A stretch of DNA of 64,000 nt from Limnohabitans sp. Rim8 (GTDB lineage: Bacteria; Pseudomonadota; Gammaproteobacteria; Burkholderiales; Burkholderiaceae_C): NCBI GenBank assembly GCA_945897795.1, contig CAMDFT010000002.1:12277-76276 (forward strand). The letters are read 5' to 3'. This document shows positions 1 through 12,847 of this stretch, piece by piece. The position numbers and the translations under genes are program-made. The notes under the pieces are model-generated. The model was not told where the DNA came from and made no database searches. It saw only the letters and a list, made by a program, of their open reading frames with translations. Positions within the stretch are counted from its first letter, which is position 1, and each line of letters opens with the position of its first letter.

Positions 1-111
1 GCGCCCGTGTTCAGCCAGACGGTGCAGCAAACCTTGCGCCTGATGGGCGTTCAGCCCGACATGGCGGTCAAGCCCCAGATCGTGGCCAAAGCGGTCGAGG
101 AGTCGTTCTGA
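1..111 (+). CDS. ftsI: 3' end of peptidoglycan transpeptidase FtsI/PBP3 (partial, runs off window start)
   Basis: Frame 1 reads APVFSQTVQQTLRLMGVQPD...EESF*, a PBP C-terminal APVF motif; TGA overlaps murE ATG; canonical position before murE. Confidence 0.85.
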   Translation, partial: APVFSQTVQQTLRLMGVQPDMAVKPQIVAKAVEESF

Positions 112-1643
112 TGCAGACCCTGCACAGCGCTCAGGACGCGGTCCGCTGGTTGCGCTCGCGCGTCACGGGCGAGTTGCGCACCGACAGCCGACTGGTGCAA
201 GCCGGCGACGGTTTTATTGCCTGGCCGGGCGCTGCCACCGATGGGCGGCGTTATCTGGCGCAGGCCTTGGCGCAAGGCGCCCGTGCGTGCCTGATGGAAG
301 AGACTGCACTCGCCCCCTGGCTGGACGCCCTGCAGGACCCTGACCAGGAAGCGCTGGCCTGCATGCCCGGCCTCAAGGCCCAAACCGCCTGGGTGGCCGA
401 TGCTTACTATGAGCACCCCAGCCACGCCTTGCAGGTGCTGGCGGTCACGGGCACCAACGGCAAAACATCGACGGCCTGGTGGTTGGCGCAGGCGCTGTCT
501 TCGCCGGTGTTGCAACAAGCCTGTGGGCTGGTGGGCACTCTGGGCGTAGGCCGTTTGCCCCATCTGGTGACCACCGGCATGACCACGCCCGACCCGGTGC
601 TGCTGCAGCGCCAATTCCGGCAGTTCGCGGAGGGCGGCGTGACGCATTGCGCCATCGAAGCCTCGTCCATCGGCTTGGCCGAGCACCGCTTGGACGGCAC
701 ACGCATCTGCGTGGCCGTGTTCACCAATTTCACCCAAGACCATCTGGACTACCACGGCGACATGGCCAACTACTGGACAGCCAAAGCCGCTTTGTTTGCT
801 TGGCCCGGCTTGCAAGCGGCCGTCATCAACATCGACGATGGGCAAGGTGCTTTGTTGGCCCAGCAGTTGCAAAAAGGCTCGCTCGAGGTTTGGACCTGCT
901 CGCGGCGCGGCCCGGCCCGTCTGCAAGCGCGTGCCTTGCCCAGCGGCCAGGGTTTGGCTTTTGAGGTGATCGAAGGCAACACCGTTCAGACCTTGCATAC
1001 CGGCTTGATCGGCGAGTACAACATGGACAACCTGCTGGGCGTGATTGGCAGCTTGCGCGCGCTGGGTTTTGACTTGGCCCAAGCGGTGCAAGCCTGTGCC
1101 CAGCTGACGGCGGTGCCTGGGCGCATGCAGCGCGTCCTCTTGGATCTGCCGGGTGCTCAACCTGATGTGACAAGCCCGCTGGTGGTTGTGGACTATGCCC
1201 ACACGCCCGATGCCATCACTCAGGCCTTGGCTGCGTTGCGCTCGCAGGCGATGCTGCGTGGCGGTCGCCTGTGGTGTGTGCTGGGCTCTGGTGGTGACCG
1301 CGATGCCAGCAAGCGCCCCTTGATGGCGGCAGCGGCCGAAGCCACGGCCGACCAAGTGGTGTTGACCAGCGACAACCCCCGCAGCGAATCGCCTGAGGCC
1401 ATTGTGGCCGCGATGGTCGAAGGCCTGAGCCGCCCGCAGTCAGTCCACATTCAACTGGACCGTGCCTTGGCGATTGCCGATGCAGTGGCGCAGTCTGCGG
1501 CGCAAGACGTGGTGCTGGTGGCGGGCAAAGGCCACGAAAGCGAGCAGGAGATCCTGGGCGTGCGCCATCCGTTTTCGGACGTGGCCCAAGCCCAAACGGC
1601 TTTGCAGCAACGCGCTTTGCAACGGATGGGGGCTCACGCATGA
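111..1643 (+). CDS. murE: UDP-N-acetylmuramoyl-L-alanyl-D-glutamate--2,6-diaminopimelate ligase
   Basis: VTGTNGKTS P-loop, DYAHTPD, DNPR DAP-specificity motif, AGKGHE; dcw synteny. Confidence 0.97.
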   Translation: MQTLHSAQDAVRWLRSRVTGELRTDSRLVQAGDGFIAWPGAATDGRRYLAQALAQGARACLMEETALAPWLDALQDPDQEALACMPGLKAQTAWVADAYYEHPSHALQVLAVTGTNGKTSTAWWLAQALSSPVLQQACGLVGTLGVGRLPHLVTTGMTTPDPVLLQRQFRQFAEGGVTHCAIEASSIGLAEHRLDGTRICVAVFTNFTQDHLDYHGDMANYWTAKAALFAWPGLQAAVINIDDGQGALLAQQLQKGSLEVWTCSRRGPARLQARALPSGQGLAFEVIEGNTVQTLHTGLIGEYNMDNLLGVIGSLRALGFDLAQAVQACAQLTAVPGRMQRVLLDLPGAQPDVTSPLVVVDYAHTPDAITQALAALRSQAMLRGGRLWCVLGSGGDRDASKRPLMAAAAEATADQVVLTSDNPRSESPEAIVAAMVEGLSRPQSVHIQLDRALAIADAVAQSAAQDVVLVAGKGHESEQEILGVRHPFSDVAQAQTALQQRALQRMGAHA

Positions 1644-3088
1644 ACGTCCCTCCGTCCATGAAACTGAATTTGAATCTCGCCCTGGGCTGGCTGAGCCAGG
1701 CCCGCGGCGTGAATGTCCAAGACGTGGTGGCCGACCGGGTGCACACCGACAGCCGCAGCCTGCAAACGGGCGACTTGTTTGTGGCCTTGCGCGGTGAGCG
1801 TTTCGATGGCAACGACTTCATCGCCCAGGCCAAGGCGCAGGGTGCCGTGGCCGTGGTGTGCGAAGCCTCGGGTGAAGCCCTGGCGCTGGCGCAAGGCTTG
1901 CCCGCCCTGGTGGTGCCCGATGCACGCATCGCTTTGGGCGAGTTAGCCGCAGGCTGGCGTGCCCAGTTCAGTTTGCCGCTAATCGCCGTGACCGGCAGCA
2001 ACGGCAAAACCACCGTGACGCAAATGATCGCGTCCATCTTGCGTGCCCATGCAGGGGATGACGCCTTGTCCACCCAGGGCAATCTGAACAACGACATTGG
2101 CGTGCCGCTGACCCTGTTCAATTTGCGCGCCCACCACCGCATTGCCGTGGTCGAGTTGGGCATGAACCACCCCGGTGAAATCGCTTACCTGTCACAGTTG
2201 GCGCGGCCCACCGTGGCCCTGGTCAACAACGCGCAGCGTGAGCACCAAGAATTCATGGGCACGGTCGAAGCCGTGGCGCACGAAAACGGCGCTGTGCTGC
2301 AGGCCTTGCCCCTCAAGGGCGTGGCGGTGTTTCCATCTGATGAAGATTTCACGCCCGTATGGCGGAACCTCTCGGGTCAGCGGTTCCAGCGCAGTTTTGC
2401 CATGGCCTCTCACAGCGAGGCCGAAGTGCGTGCTGCAGTGGCGGTCTGGCAGTCGGGTGCTTGGCAGTTCACCCTCAAAACGCCCGAGGGCACCGCACCC
2501 ATTCGCCTGCACATTGCTGGGCGGCACAACGTCAAAAACGCCTTGGCCGCCACGGCCTGCGCGCTGGCCGCAGGGGTCCCTCTGGCTGCTGTAGCCCAGG
2601 GGCTGGTGGCGTTTGAGCCGGTCAAGGGCCGTTCGCGTGCGTTGGTGTTGCACACCGCCACAGACGAGATCACCTTGGTTGACGACACCTACAACGCCAA
2701 CCCCGACTCGGTCCGCGCCGCCATTGACGTGCTGGCCGAGCTGCCTGCACCGCGTTTGCTGGTGCTGGGCGACATGGGTGAGGTGGGCAACCAGGGCCCT
2801 GAATTCCATGCCGAGGTCGGCCGCTACGCAGCCGAGTGCGGCATCGAAGCGCTGTACACCCTGGGTGACCTGTCCATGCACAGCGCAAAGGCCTTCGGTT
2901 CGGCGCGACATTTTGAAGACATGGACAGCCTGCTGGCCAGCGTCACAGCCCAAGTGGGCCAGTTCCGCAGCGTGGTTGTCAAAGGTTCGCGCTTCATGAA
3001 GATGGAGCGCGTGGTGCAAGCCTTGCAGACGCAAAGCACCGCTGAATCGAACAAAAACAATAAAAAAGGGGAGTCCCATGCTGCTTAG
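1640..3088 (+). CDS. murF: UDP-N-acetylmuramoyl-tripeptide--D-alanyl-D-alanine ligase
   Basis: [40 protein letters not shown] motifs; start could be 1658. Confidence 0.97.
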   Translation: MNVPPSMKLNLNLALGWLSQARGVNVQDVVADRVHTDSRSLQTGDLFVALRGERFDGNDFIAQAKAQGAVAVVCEASGEALALAQGLPALVVPDARIALGELAAGWRAQFSLPLIAVTGSNGKTTVTQMIASILRAHAGDDALSTQGNLNNDIGVPLTLFNLRAHHRIAVVELGMNHPGEIAYLSQLARPTVALVNNAQREHQEFMGTVEAVAHENGAVLQALPLKGVAVFPSDEDFTPVWRNLSGQRFQRSFAMASHSEAEVRAAVAVWQSGAWQFTLKTPEGTAPIRLHIAGRHNVKNALAATACALAAGVPLAAVAQGLVAFEPVKGRSRALVLHTATDEITLVDDTYNANPDSVRAAIDVLAELPAPRLLVLGDMGEVGNQGPEFHAEVGRYAAECGIEALYTLGDLSMHSAKAFGSARHFEDMDSLLASVTAQVGQFRSVVVKGSRFMKMERVVQALQTQSTAESNKNNKKGESHAA

Positions 3089-4256
3089 CCTGGCCCAATG
3101 GTTGCAAAGTTTGTCCCCTGAGTGGGGCTTTTTGCGTGTTTTCCAGTACATCACGTTCCGCGCCGTGATGGCTGCGATGACCGCCTTGCTGATCGGCCTG
3201 GCCGCAGGCCCTTGGGTCATCCGCCGCCTGACTTCGCTCAAAATTGGACAGCCCATCCGTGCCTACGGCATGGAGTCTCACCTGTCCAAAAGTGGCACGC
3301 CCACCATGGGCGGCGTGCTGATCTTGTTGTCGATTGCCATTTCCACTTTGCTGTGGTTTGACCTGTCCAACCGCTTTGTGTGGATCGTGCTGATCGTGAC
3401 GCTGGGCTTTGGGGCCATTGGCTGGGTGGACGACTGGCGCAAGGTGGTCAACAAAGACCCCGAAGGCATGCGCTCACGCGAAAAGTACCTCTGGCAATCG
3501 GTCATCGGCTTGTTGGCCGCATTGTGTTTGGTGTTCAGCATTTCCGAGAACTCCAACGCGCGGGTGTTGGACTTGTTTGTTCAGTGGGTCATGTCGGGCT
3601 TTGAAGTGAGCTTGCCCCTGAAGGCCGGATTGCAGGTGCCCTTCTTCAAAGAGATCACTTATCCACTGGGCGTGCTGGGCTTCGTGGTCCTGACCTATCT
3701 GGTCATTGTGGGTTCCAGCAACGCGGTCAACCTCACGGACGGTTTGGACGGATTGGCCATCATGCCGGTGGTCATGGTGGGTTCGGCGTTGGGCGTATTT
3801 GCCTACGTGACGGGCAGTTCGGTGTATTCCAAGTACCTGTTCTTCCCATACATTCCAGGCTCTGGCGAGTTGCTGATTTTTTGCGCCGCCATGGCGGGCG
3901 CGGGCCTGGCCTTCTTGTGGTTCAACACCCACCCGGCCCAAGTCTTCATGGGCGATGTGGGCGCACTGGCGTTGGGCGCGGCGCTGGGCACCATCGCGGT
4001 CATCGTGCGGGCCGAAATCGTGCTGGCCATCATGGGCGGCATCTTCGTGGTCGAGGCCTTGTCGGTGATGGCGCAGGTGACTTACTTCAAGTACACCAAG
4101 AAAAAATACGGCCAAGGTCGACGCATCCTGAAGATGGCGCCTTTGCACCACCATTTTGAAAAGAGCGGCTGGAAGGAAACGCAAGTGGTTGTGCGCTTCT
4201 GGATCATCACCATGCTGCTGTGTTTGGTCGGTTTGTCGACCTTGAAGCTGAGATAA
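3078..4256 (+). CDS. mraY: Phospho-N-acetylmuramoyl-pentapeptide transferase
   Basis: [36 protein letters not shown] motifs; polytopic membrane protein. Confidence 0.98.
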   Translation: MLLSLAQWLQSLSPEWGFLRVFQYITFRAVMAAMTALLIGLAAGPWVIRRLTSLKIGQPIRAYGMESHLSKSGTPTMGGVLILLSIAISTLLWFDLSNRFVWIVLIVTLGFGAIGWVDDWRKVVNKDPEGMRSREKYLWQSVIGLLAALCLVFSISENSNARVLDLFVQWVMSGFEVSLPLKAGLQVPFFKEITYPLGVLGFVVLTYLVIVGSSNAVNLTDGLDGLAIMPVVMVGSALGVFAYVTGSSVYSKYLFFPYIPGSGELLIFCAAMAGAGLAFLWFNTHPAQVFMGDVGALALGAALGTIAVIVRAEIVLAIMGGIFVVEALSVMAQVTYFKYTKKKYGQGRRILKMAPLHHHFEKSGWKETQVVVRFWIITMLLCLVGLSTLKLR

Positions 4257-4259
4257 GCC

Positions 4260-6023
4260 ATGCAGCTGCAAGGTCAACACGTTCTGATTCTCGGCTTGGG
4301 TGCGTCGGGCTTGGCGATGGCCCGTTGGTGCGCGCAGGCTGGGGCCGACGTGACCGTGGCCGACACCCGTGACACGCCACCGCAGTTGGCCGCTTTGCAG
4401 GATGAGTGGCCTGAAGTGTGTTTTGTGTCGGGCCCTTTTGTGGCCAATTTGGTCGAAGGCACATCGGTGCGTGCGGTGTTCCGCAGCCCTGGCCTGGCCC
4501 CTGACGTGGTGGCCCCGGTGGTGGATGCAGCGCGCAGCATGGGCCTGTGGCAAGGCGGTGAGCTGAGCCTGTTTGCAGCGGGCTTGCAGGAATTGAAAGA
4601 ACGTTTTGGCTATGCACCACAGGTGCTGGCGATCACCGGTACCAACGGCAAGACCACGGTGACATCGCTCACCGGGCAGTTGGTGGCGCGTGCAGGCAAA
4701 ACCGTGAAAGTAGCGGGCAACATTGGCCCCACGCTGCTCGACACCTTGAGCGAAGCCATGGCGCAAGCGCAGGCGCAAGTCGCGCAGGAAACCGCTGAAC
4801 GTGAAGCCGCTGAAATGGTAGGCGAATCCCCAGAGACGTTGGCAACCCAAAGCCCTGCGCCTGTGCAGGGCGCAAGCGACACGCACACGATGGAAGCGCC
4901 AATGAGCGATACGTCCGATCAGGCCAGGGACACGTCTGAAGAATCGGACGAGGAAATCAACGAAGAGCTTGAACTTGCGCGGCCTCTGCCACCGGTCGCT
5001 CTGGACCCCATGGCCCAGGCGCTGCCCCAGGTCTGGGTGCTGGAGCTGTCGAGCTTTCAGCTTGACAGCAGCGAGGGTTTTGAGCCGACCGCCGCGACGG
5101 TGCTCAACATCTCGCAAGACCACCTGGACTGGCACGGCAGCATGGCCGCCTATGCGGCCGCCAAAGCCCGTATTTTTGGTGCTCAGGCGCTGATGGTGCT
5201 CAACCGAGAAGATTCGCGAGTCATGGCCATGCGGCCCGAGCCTGTGCGCCTGAAATTCCACAAGCCTATGGAACGCGCTTGCGTGCAGTTTGGTGGTGAC
5301 ATGCCCCAACGGCCGGGCGATTTCGGCATCGAAGACATGCACGGCATGACCTGGCTGGTGCGCGCCTTGGAGGCCGATGAAACCCGCCGCCGCCGCAAGG
5401 ACGCTGAAGAAGAGCTGCACATCCAGCGCCTGATGCCCGCCGATGCTTTGCGCATTCGAGGTCGGCACAACGCGGTCAATGCACTGGCCGCTTTGGCGTT
5501 GGCCAGCAGTGCAGGTTGCGCCCTGGGGCCCATGCTTTACGGCCTGCGCGAATACCGGGGCGAGCCACATCGGGTGGAGCCGGTGGCGATCATCAACGAA
5601 GTGGAATTTTTTGACGACAGCAAGGGCACCAACGTGGGTGCCACCGTGGCCGCCTTGCAAGGCTTGGGTGCAGACCGCCGTGTGGTGATCATTTTGGGTG
5701 GCGAAGGCAAGGGCCAAGACTTCACGCCCTTGGCAGAACCCGTCAAGCGCTTTTCCCGTGGCGTGGTCTTGATCGGCCGCGACGCCCCCGTCATTCGGCA
5801 AGCACTGCAAAGTACGGATGTGGCCATGCACGACGCCACCGACATGCATGACGCGGTCGAACAAGCTGCAGCCCTGGCTCGCAGCGGCGATGCGGTCTTG
5901 ATGTCGCCCGCATGCGCGAGCTTTGACATGTTTGAAAACTACGGCCACCGCGCCGAAGTGTTTGTCCAGGCCGTGGCCAGCTTGGCCGAAGCGGCAGGTG
6001 TGGCCATGGAGGGTGGGCTGTGA
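4260..6023 (+). CDS. murD: UDP-N-acetylmuramoyl-L-alanine--D-glutamate ligase, with acidic low-complexity insertion
   Basis: [43 protein letters not shown] motifs; 587 aa. Confidence 0.96.
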   Translation: MQLQGQHVLILGLGASGLAMARWCAQAGADVTVADTRDTPPQLAALQDEWPEVCFVSGPFVANLVEGTSVRAVFRSPGLAPDVVAPVVDAARSMGLWQGGELSLFAAGLQELKERFGYAPQVLAITGTNGKTTVTSLTGQLVARAGKTVKVAGNIGPTLLDTLSEAMAQAQAQVAQETAEREAAEMVGESPETLATQSPAPVQGASDTHTMEAPMSDTSDQARDTSEESDEEINEELELARPLPPVALDPMAQALPQVWVLELSSFQLDSSEGFEPTAATVLNISQDHLDWHGSMAAYAAAKARIFGAQALMVLNREDSRVMAMRPEPVRLKFHKPMERACVQFGGDMPQRPGDFGIEDMHGMTWLVRALEADETRRRRKDAEEELHIQRLMPADALRIRGRHNAVNALAALALASSAGCALGPMLYGLREYRGEPHRVEPVAIINEVEFFDDSKGTNVGATVAALQGLGADRRVVIILGGEGKGQDFTPLAEPVKRFSRGVVLIGRDAPVIRQALQSTDVAMHDATDMHDAVEQAAALARSGDAVLMSPACASFDMFENYGHRAEVFVQAVASLAEAAGVAMEGGL

Positions 6024-7321
6024 GCGAAGCCATGACATTCCCGCAACGCCTGCAACAGTCGGCTGCTGGCCTGCTCCAAAGCGTCACAGGCGGCTTGCTC
6101 GGGGGCGCGCGGTCGGGTTCGCAAGGTTTGCCGGTCAATTTGGGTGACTACGGCGTGGGTGGCCGCGCCAATGGTCGCCCGGCCCGCATACAAAGCGTGG
6201 ACCAGGCTTTGGTTTGGGTGGTGGTGGCCTTGCTGCTGTGGGGCATGGTCATGGTGTATTCGGCCTCGATTGCGATGCCTGACAACCCGCGTTTTTCGCG
6301 TTACAGCCACACCCATTTCCTGACGCGCCATGTGATCTCCATGACGTTGGGCTGCATCATGGCCTTGCTGGCTTTTCAGGTGCGCATGGAGACTTGGGAA
6401 AAAGCGGCTCGCCCCTTGTTCGTGTTCTCACTGGTGTTGCTGGCGGTGGTGTTGATTCCCTTCATCGGCAAAGGTGTGAATGGCGCACGCCGCTGGATTT
6501 CGTTGGGGGTCATGACTTTTCAACCATCCGAGTTGGCCAAACTCGCCACCATCATCTATGCCGCCGATTACATGGTGCGCAAGATGGACGTGAAGGAGAA
6601 ATTCTTCAAAGCCGTGCTGCCCATGGGCGCGGCCATTGGATTGGCGGGTCTGTTCTTGCTGGCCGAGCCGGACATGGGGGCGTTCATGGTGATCGCCACC
6701 ATCGCCATGGGCATTTTGTTTTTGGGGGGTGTGAATGCCCGCATGTTCTTCCTGATCCTGGGGATTTTGATCCTGGCCTTCGTGGTCATGATCGCCGAGT
6801 CCCCTTGGCGGCGTGAGCGAATATTTGCCTACCTCGACCCTTTCAGTGCCGAGCACGCATTGGGCAAGGGCTACCAGCTGACGCACTCGCTGATTGCCAT
6901 TGGGCGGGGCGAGGTGTGGGGCGTGGGCCTGGGCGGCAGCGTGGAAAAACTGCACTGGTTGCCCGAGGCGCATACCGACTTTTTGCTGGCCGTGATCGGT
7001 GAGGAATTTGGCCTGGTGGGCTTGACCCTGGTGATCTGCCTGTTCTTGTGGCTCAGCCGCCGCATCATGGTCATTGGGCGTCAAGCCATTGCGTTGGAAA
7101 AAGTTTTTTCTGGTTTGGTCGCCCAAGGCGTGGGCATCTGGATCGGATTTCAGGCCTTCATCAACATGGGCGTGAACCTGGGGGCCTTGCCCACCAAGGG
7201 CTTGACCTTGCCGCTGATGAGTTACGGCGGCTCGGCCATCTTGATGAACCTGATCGCGATCGCGATCGTGCTGCGCATTGATGCTGAGAACAAACAAATG
7301 ATGCGGGGAGGGCGGCCATGA
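6020..7321 (+). CDS. ftsW: SEDS peptidoglycan glycosyltransferase FtsW
   Basis: [35 protein letters not shown] motifs. Confidence 0.97.
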   Translation: MSEAMTFPQRLQQSAAGLLQSVTGGLLGGARSGSQGLPVNLGDYGVGGRANGRPARIQSVDQALVWVVVALLLWGMVMVYSASIAMPDNPRFSRYSHTHFLTRHVISMTLGCIMALLAFQVRMETWEKAARPLFVFSLVLLAVVLIPFIGKGVNGARRWISLGVMTFQPSELAKLATIIYAADYMVRKMDVKEKFFKAVLPMGAAIGLAGLFLLAEPDMGAFMVIATIAMGILFLGGVNARMFFLILGILILAFVVMIAESPWRRERIFAYLDPFSAEHALGKGYQLTHSLIAIGRGEVWGVGLGGSVEKLHWLPEAHTDFLLAVIGEEFGLVGLTLVICLFLWLSRRIMVIGRQAIALEKVFSGLVAQGVGIWIGFQAFINMGVNLGALPTKGLTLPLMSYGGSAILMNLIAIAIVLRIDAENKQMMRGGRP

Positions 7322-8388
7322 CGGACACGCGCAAAACCGCCTTGGTGATGGCGGGCGGCACAGGGGGACACATTTTCCCGGGCTTGGCCGTTGCTGAAGC
7401 CTTGCGCGAAGCCGGTTGGCGCGTGCATTGGCTGGGCGCGCCAGACAGCATGGAAAGTCAGTTGGTGCCGCCGCGTGGTTTTACCTTTGAGCCCGTGGCT
7501 TTTGGCGGTGTGCGCGGCAAGGGCATTCAGACCCTGGCCTTGCTGCCGCTGCGCTTGCTGCGCGCGTTTTGGCAAAGTCTGCAGGTGGTGCGCCGAGTCA
7601 AACCCGATGTGGTGCTGGGCCTGGGCGGCTACATCACATTCCCGGGCGGCATGATGGCCAGCCTGTGGAGCAAACCTTTGGTGCTGCACGAGCAAAACTC
7701 GGTGGCAGGCCTGGCCAACAAGGTGCTGGCGCAATTGGCCGACCGTGTATTCACCGCATTCCCTGGCGTCTTCAAAACGGGGCAATGGGTGGGTAACCCC
7801 CTGCGCCGCGCTTTCACTGAACAAGCCACGCCCACTGAACGCTTTGCCGGACGCAGTGGTCCCTTGCGTGTGTTGGTGGTGGGCGGCAGCTTGGGGGCCA
7901 AGGCCTTGAACGACATCGTGCCCCAAGCGTTGGCCTTGATGCCAGAGGCCACACGCCCGCAGGTCATTCACCAAAGCGGCGCCAAACAAATCGACGCGCT
8001 GCGGGCCAATTACGCAGCCGCAGGCGTACAGGCCGAGTTGACCCCGTTCATCGACGATACGGCCAGCGCCTTTGCACAGGCCGATCTGGTGATCTGCCGG
8101 GCTGGCGCCAGCACCGTGACCGAGCTGGCGGCGGTGGGCGCAGCAGCCTTGTTCGTGCCGTTTCCGTTTGCAGTCGACGACCACCAAACCACCAATGCGC
8201 AGTTTTTGGTGGCCCATGGCGGCGGCTGGCTGGTGCCTCAGGCCGAGTTGACGGCGCAGAACCTGGCCGAACGGCTGACGGCCTTGAGCCGCGACACATT
8301 GCAGGAGGTGGCGGAAAAAGCCCATGCACAGAAAAAAACAAATGCGACCAGGGAGGTTGTGATGGCTTGTGAGGAGTTGGCGACATGA
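7318..8388 (+). CDS. murG: Undecaprenyl-PP-MurNAc-pentapeptide GlcNAc transferase
   Basis: [38 protein letters not shown] motifs. Confidence 0.98.
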   Translation: MTDTRKTALVMAGGTGGHIFPGLAVAEALREAGWRVHWLGAPDSMESQLVPPRGFTFEPVAFGGVRGKGIQTLALLPLRLLRAFWQSLQVVRRVKPDVVLGLGGYITFPGGMMASLWSKPLVLHEQNSVAGLANKVLAQLADRVFTAFPGVFKTGQWVGNPLRRAFTEQATPTERFAGRSGPLRVLVVGGSLGAKALNDIVPQALALMPEATRPQVIHQSGAKQIDALRANYAAAGVQAELTPFIDDTASAFAQADLVICRAGASTVTELAAVGAAALFVPFPFAVDDHQTTNAQFLVAHGGGWLVPQAELTAQNLAERLTALSRDTLQEVAEKAHAQKKTNATREVVMACEELAT

Positions 8389-9821
8389 AACATGCCATCC
8401 GAAAAATTCATTTCATCGGCGTGGGCGGCTCGGGCATGAGCGGCATTGCCGAAGTCTTGCTCAATCTGGGCTACCAGATTTCAGGCTCCGATTTGTCCGA
8501 CAGCGCCACGCTGCAACGTCTGGCGGGTTTGGGCATCCACACGCATGTGGGCCACAGCAATGAAAACGTCAAAGACGCCGATGCCGTGGTCACATCGACC
8601 GCCGTGAAAGCCGATAACCCCGAGGTGCTGGCCGCACGGGCGCGCCACATTCCCATCGTGCCACGCGCCGTCATGCTGGCCGAACTCATGCGCATGAAGC
8701 AGGGTGTGGCCATAGCCGGCACGCACGGCAAAACCACCACCACCAGTCTGGTGGCCAGTGTGCTGGCGGAGGCCGGGCTGGACCCGACCTTTGTGATTGG
8801 CGGCCGTTTGAACAGCGCCGGCGCCAATGCCAAACTGGGCACGGGCGAGTACATCGTGGTGGAGGCCGATGAGTCTGATGCTTCGTTCTTGAACTTGCTG
8901 CCCGTGATGGCGGTGGTGACCAACATCGACGCCGACCACATGGAAACCTATGGCCATGACTTGGCCAAGCTCAAGGCGGCTTTTGTCGAGTTTTTGCACC
9001 GCATGCCTTTTTACGGTACGGCCATCGTGTGCTCTGACGATCCTGGCGTGCAGTCCATCTTGGACAACATCGCCCGCCCCGTCACCACGTATGGCCTGAA
9101 CGAAGGGGCCCAAGTACGCGCGCTGAATGTGCAGGCCCAAAACGGCCAGATGCACTTCACGGTGCAAAGGCGCAATGGCGTGACTTTGCCCGACCTGCCC
9201 ATCGTGCTGAATTTGCCCGGTGTGCACAATGTGCTCAATGCCCTGGCCGCCATTTCCGTGGCCGTTGAGTTGGGTGTCGACGATGGCGCGGTGCAACGCG
9301 CATTGGCGCAGTTCAAGGGCGTGGGTCGGCGTTTTCAGCGCTATGGTGAAGTGGCCACAACCGACGGCCAAGGGCGCTTCACGGTCATCGACGACTATGG
9401 GCACCACCCGGTCGAGATGGCGGCCACATTGGCCGCAGCCCGTGGCGCATTCCCGGGTCGCCGTTTGGTGTTGGCATTTCAGCCGCACCGTTACAGCCGC
9501 ACGCGTGACTGTTTTGAAGACTTCGTCAAGGTCATTGGCCAGGGCTGCGACAGCGTCTTGTTGTCCGAGGTTTACGCCGCAGGCGAAGCACCCATCGTGG
9601 CCGCCGACGGCCGTTCGCTGGCCCGGGCGCTGCGCGTCGCAGGCAAGGTCGAACCCTTGTTTGTCGACCAGATCACCGACATGCCCCAGGCCGTGATGAA
9701 CAACGCCCGCGACGGCGATGTGCTCATTTGCATGGGGGCCGGCTCCATTGGTGCAACCCCGGCGCAGGTGGTGGCTTTGGGCGGTCCCTTAAAAGATGCG
9801 GCCAAAGAGGTGATCGCATGA
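8385..9821 (+). CDS. murC: UDP-N-acetylmuramate--L-alanine ligase
   Basis: [42 protein letters not shown] motifs. Confidence 0.98.
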   Translation: MKHAIRKIHFIGVGGSGMSGIAEVLLNLGYQISGSDLSDSATLQRLAGLGIHTHVGHSNENVKDADAVVTSTAVKADNPEVLAARARHIPIVPRAVMLAELMRMKQGVAIAGTHGKTTTTSLVASVLAEAGLDPTFVIGGRLNSAGANAKLGTGEYIVVEADESDASFLNLLPVMAVVTNIDADHMETYGHDLAKLKAAFVEFLHRMPFYGTAIVCSDDPGVQSILDNIARPVTTYGLNEGAQVRALNVQAQNGQMHFTVQRRNGVTLPDLPIVLNLPGVHNVLNALAAISVAVELGVDDGAVQRALAQFKGVGRRFQRYGEVATTDGQGRFTVIDDYGHHPVEMAATLAAARGAFPGRRLVLAFQPHRYSRTRDCFEDFVKVIGQGCDSVLLSEVYAAGEAPIVAADGRSLARALRVAGKVEPLFVDQITDMPQAVMNNARDGDVLICMGAGSIGATPAQVVALGGPLKDAAKEVIA

Positions 9822-10792
9822 CACACAACGCCAAGCCGATGAACATGGGCAAAGTGGCCGTGCTGATGGGCGGGCGCTCGGCCGAGCGCGAAGTCTCCTT
9901 CATGTCGGGTCAGGGCGTGCTCAAGGCCTTGCTGGCTGCGGGCGTGGACGCCCATGCCTTTGACCCGGCCGAGCGTGAGCTGAGTGAACTCAAAAAAGAG
10001 GGCTTCCAGCGCTGCTTCATCGCCTTGCACGGCCGCTTTGGCGAAGACGGCACGGTGCAAGGCGCATTGGAATTGATGGGCATTCCCTACACCGGCTCGG
10101 GCGTGATGGCGTCGAGCATCGCCATGGACAAGGTCATGACCAAGCGGGTCTGGCAGGCCGAAGGTTTGCCGGTGCCACGCCATGTGCTGGTGCACCCCGC
10201 GCAAATCGACAGCTTGTCGGCCGACGAACTCATCCAGGCCTTGGGACTGCCGCTGATCGTCAAGCCCGCACGCGAAGGCTCTTCCATTGGTGTGAGCAAG
10301 GTGCAGCGGGCCGAAGACCTGCACCCGGCTTTGCGCGCAGCGGCCGCTTGCGACCACGACATCCTGTGTGAGCAGTGCATCGTGGGTGACGAGGTCACCT
10401 GCCCCGTGCTGGGAGCAGGCGACGATGCCCGCGCCTTGTCTGTGATCCGCATCGTGGCCCCCGAGGGCAATTACGACTACCAAAACAAGTACTTCACCGA
10501 CGACACGCAATACCTGGTGCCCTGCGGTTTGCCTGCCCAAGAAGAAGCTGCTATCCAGGCTTTGGTGCGCCAGGCTTACCAAGTCCTGGGCTGCAGGGGT
10601 TGGGGCCGCATTGACGTGATGATCGATGGTGCCACGCGTCAGCCTTATTTGCTGGAAATCAACACCTCGCCCGGCATGACCGGGCATTCGTTGGTGCCCA
10701 TGTCGGCAGCGGCCGATGGCATGCCCTACGAGGCGTTGTGCTGCCATTTGCTGGCCTCTGCCGCATTGGACTATGAGGGAGCTGCTGGATGA
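9818..10792 (+). CDS. ddl: D-alanine--D-alanine ligase
   Basis: [34 protein letters not shown]; start moved to ATG 9818, which overlaps the murC stop. Confidence 0.96.
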   Translation: MTHNAKPMNMGKVAVLMGGRSAEREVSFMSGQGVLKALLAAGVDAHAFDPAERELSELKKEGFQRCFIALHGRFGEDGTVQGALELMGIPYTGSGVMASSIAMDKVMTKRVWQAEGLPVPRHVLVHPAQIDSLSADELIQALGLPLIVKPAREGSSIGVSKVQRAEDLHPALRAAAACDHDILCEQCIVGDEVTCPVLGAGDDARALSVIRIVAPEGNYDYQNKYFTDDTQYLVPCGLPAQEEAAIQALVRQAYQVLGCRGWGRIDVMIDGATRQPYLLEINTSPGMTGHSLVPMSAAADGMPYEALCCHLLASAALDYEGAAG

Positions 10793-11577
10793 AAAAACCC
10801 ATGCCCTTGCCAGCCGATGTCCGGCTCATGAACATGGCCACAGCTTTGCTGGTGGCTGTGTTTGTGCTGCTGACACTGGGCGGGTGGGCATGGTGGTTGA
10901 TCCGCCACCCGGGCTTTGCCTTGCAGACGATCACCGTGCAAGGTGATGTGAACCGCAACAATGCGTTTGCCTTCCGCACGCAAGTTCTGCCTAAGCTGGA
11001 AGGCAATTTTTTCACCATCGATCTGGCCAAGGCGCGCTTGGCATTTGAGGCGGTGCCTTGGGTGCGGGTCGCGGTGGTGCACCGCGATTTTCCCAACCGT
11101 TTGCGGGCGGTCTTGGTGGAGCACCGGCCCATGGCCCTGTGGGGCGATGAGGATGCAGGCACGTTGATCAACGAACAAGGCCAGGTGTTTGAAGCTACTT
11201 TGGACGATGCCGATGCCGAGCGCATGCCGCGCATGAAGGGGCCTGCGGCCGAGTCGCAGACCGTGGCCGGTATGTACATGGCTTTGAGCCCGCGCTTTCA
11301 GGTCTTGGGCATGGAGATCGACTTGCTGGAGCTGACCCCCCGTGGCAGCTGGCGGGTTCAAACCAAACAGGGTGCGCAGATCGAGCTGGGCCGTGGCACT
11401 CGCGCTGAAATATTGCAAAGACTGGACGTGTTTTTGACAACGCTGAAGCAGGTGACTGCTCGCTATGGGCGGGGTATTTCAGCTGTGGCCAGTGCAGATC
11501 TGCGTCACAAGGATGCGTATGCCTTGCGCTTGCACGGTGTGAGCACGGTGGATGTGGTCAACAAGAAAAATCCTTGA
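10789..11577 (+). CDS. ftsQ: Cell division protein FtsQ
   Basis: Single N-terminal TM, POTRA-like segment (NFFTIDL..PWVR..FPN), C-terminal DLR motif; synteny. Confidence 0.92.
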   Translation: MKKPMPLPADVRLMNMATALLVAVFVLLTLGGWAWWLIRHPGFALQTITVQGDVNRNNAFAFRTQVLPKLEGNFFTIDLAKARLAFEAVPWVRVAVVHRDFPNRLRAVLVEHRPMALWGDEDAGTLINEQGQVFEATLDDADAERMPRMKGPAAESQTVAGMYMALSPRFQVLGMEIDLLELTPRGSWRVQTKQGAQIELGRGTRAEILQRLDVFLTTLKQVTARYGRGISAVASADLRHKDAYALRLHGVSTVDVVNKKNP

Positions 11578-11617
11578 GCGATCAAGGCGCAGGAATCAAA
11601 CGGAAACGGTGGTAAAC

Positions 11618-12847
11618 ATGGCAAAAGAGTACAAAGATTTGGTTGTTGGCCTGGACATCGGAACGTCCAAGGTCATGGTCGTGGTGGCCGAGGTGATGGC
11701 CGACGGTCAACTCAAGATTGCCGGGCTGGGCATCGCGCCGGGCAATGGGCTCAAGCGTGGTGTGGTGGTCAACATCGACGCCACGGTGCAAAGCATCCAG
11801 CAAGCGCTCAAAGAGGCTGAACTGATGGCCGACTGCAAGATCACCCGTGTGAACGTGGGCATCACGGGCAGTCACATTCGGGGCATCAACTCCAGTGGCA
11901 TGGTGGCCATCAAGGACAAGGAAGTCACCCAGGCCGATTTGGCCCGCGTGATGGAAACGGCACGGGCCATCAACATCTCCAGCGACCAGCGGCTGCTGTT
12001 GGTCGCTCCTCAGGAATTCGTGATCGACAGCCAGGAAGTCAAAGAACCTATTGGCATGAGCGGCATGCGCCTAGAGGCCAAAGTGCACATCGTCACGGGG
12101 GCTCAAAGCGCCGCAGAAAACATCATCAAGTGTGTGCGCCGCTGCGGGCTTGAAGTCGACCAGTTGTTGCTCAATCCCCAATCGTCGAGTCTGGCCGTGT
12201 TGTCCGAAGACGAACGCGAGCTGGGTGTGGTGTGCGTGGACATTGGCGCAGGAACCACCGATGTGGCCATCTTTTCCAACGGCTCGATTCGCCACACCGC
12301 CGTCATCCCGATTGCGGGTGACCTGATCACCAGCGACATTGCCATGGCCTTGCGCACGCCCACCAAGGATGCTGAAGACATCAAGGTCGAAAGTGGCAAC
12401 GCCAAACAGCTGCTGGCCGATCCGGATGCACAGGTGGAAGTGCCGGGTCTGGGTGACCGGGGGCCGCGCATGCTCAGCCGCCAGGCCTTGGCCGGCGTGA
12501 TCGAGCCACGCATCGAAGAAATTTTCTCGCTGGTGCACCAGGTCATCCGCGAGTCGGGTTACGAAGAAGTGCTGTCCTCGGGCATCGTGCTCACGGGCGG
12601 CAGTGCGGTGATGCCGGGCATGATCGAATTGGGCGAAGACATCTTCCTCAAGCCCGTGCGCCGGGGCTTGCCCAAGTATTCCGGTGGGCTGGCCGACATG
12701 GTCAGCCAGCCGCGCGCAGCCACCGTGATGGGACTGCTGGAAGAGGCCCGCTTGGCCCGACTGCGCGGCTACAAGGTGACCCAAAAGAAGAGTTCGGTGA
12801 ACAACGCTTTTGGCCGATTCAAAGACTTCATTGTGGGGAACTTCTGA
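11618..12847 (+). CDS. ftsA: Cell division protein FtsA
   Basis: GLDIGTSKV, VDIGAGTTD, VLTGG actin-like ATPase motifs; amphipathic C-terminus; ATG 11618. Confidence 0.97.
   Translation: MAKEYKDLVVGLDIGTSKVMVVVAEVMADGQLKIAGLGIAPGNGLKRGVVVNIDATVQSIQQALKEAELMADCKITRVNVGITGSHIRGINSSGMVAIKDKEVTQADLARVMETARAINISSDQRLLLVAPQEFVIDSQEVKEPIGMSGMRLEAKVHIVTGAQSAAENIIKCVRRCGLEVDQLLLNPQSSSLAVLSEDERELGVVCVDIGAGTTDVAIFSNGSIRHTAVIPIAGDLITSDIAMALRTPTKDAEDIKVESGNAKQLLADPDAQVEVPGLGDRGPRMLSRQALAGVIEPRIEEIFSLVHQVIRESGYEEVLSSGIVLTGGSAVMPGMIELGEDIFLKPVRRGLPKYSGGLADMVSQPRAATVMGLLEEARLARLRGYKVTQKKSSVNNAFGRFKDFIVGNF

Noticed and set aside
4750-5025. Intein in MurD
   Set aside because: No N-terminal Cys/Ser block or C-terminal His-Asn; composition is low-complexity acidic
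3474-6038. 854-aa antisense ORF, and similar long shadow ORFs (51-1355, 12950-14506, 16036-17514, 53299-54846, 60289-61842)
   Set aside because: They lie opposite well-supported genes and have no recognisable motifs; expected from high-GC codon bias
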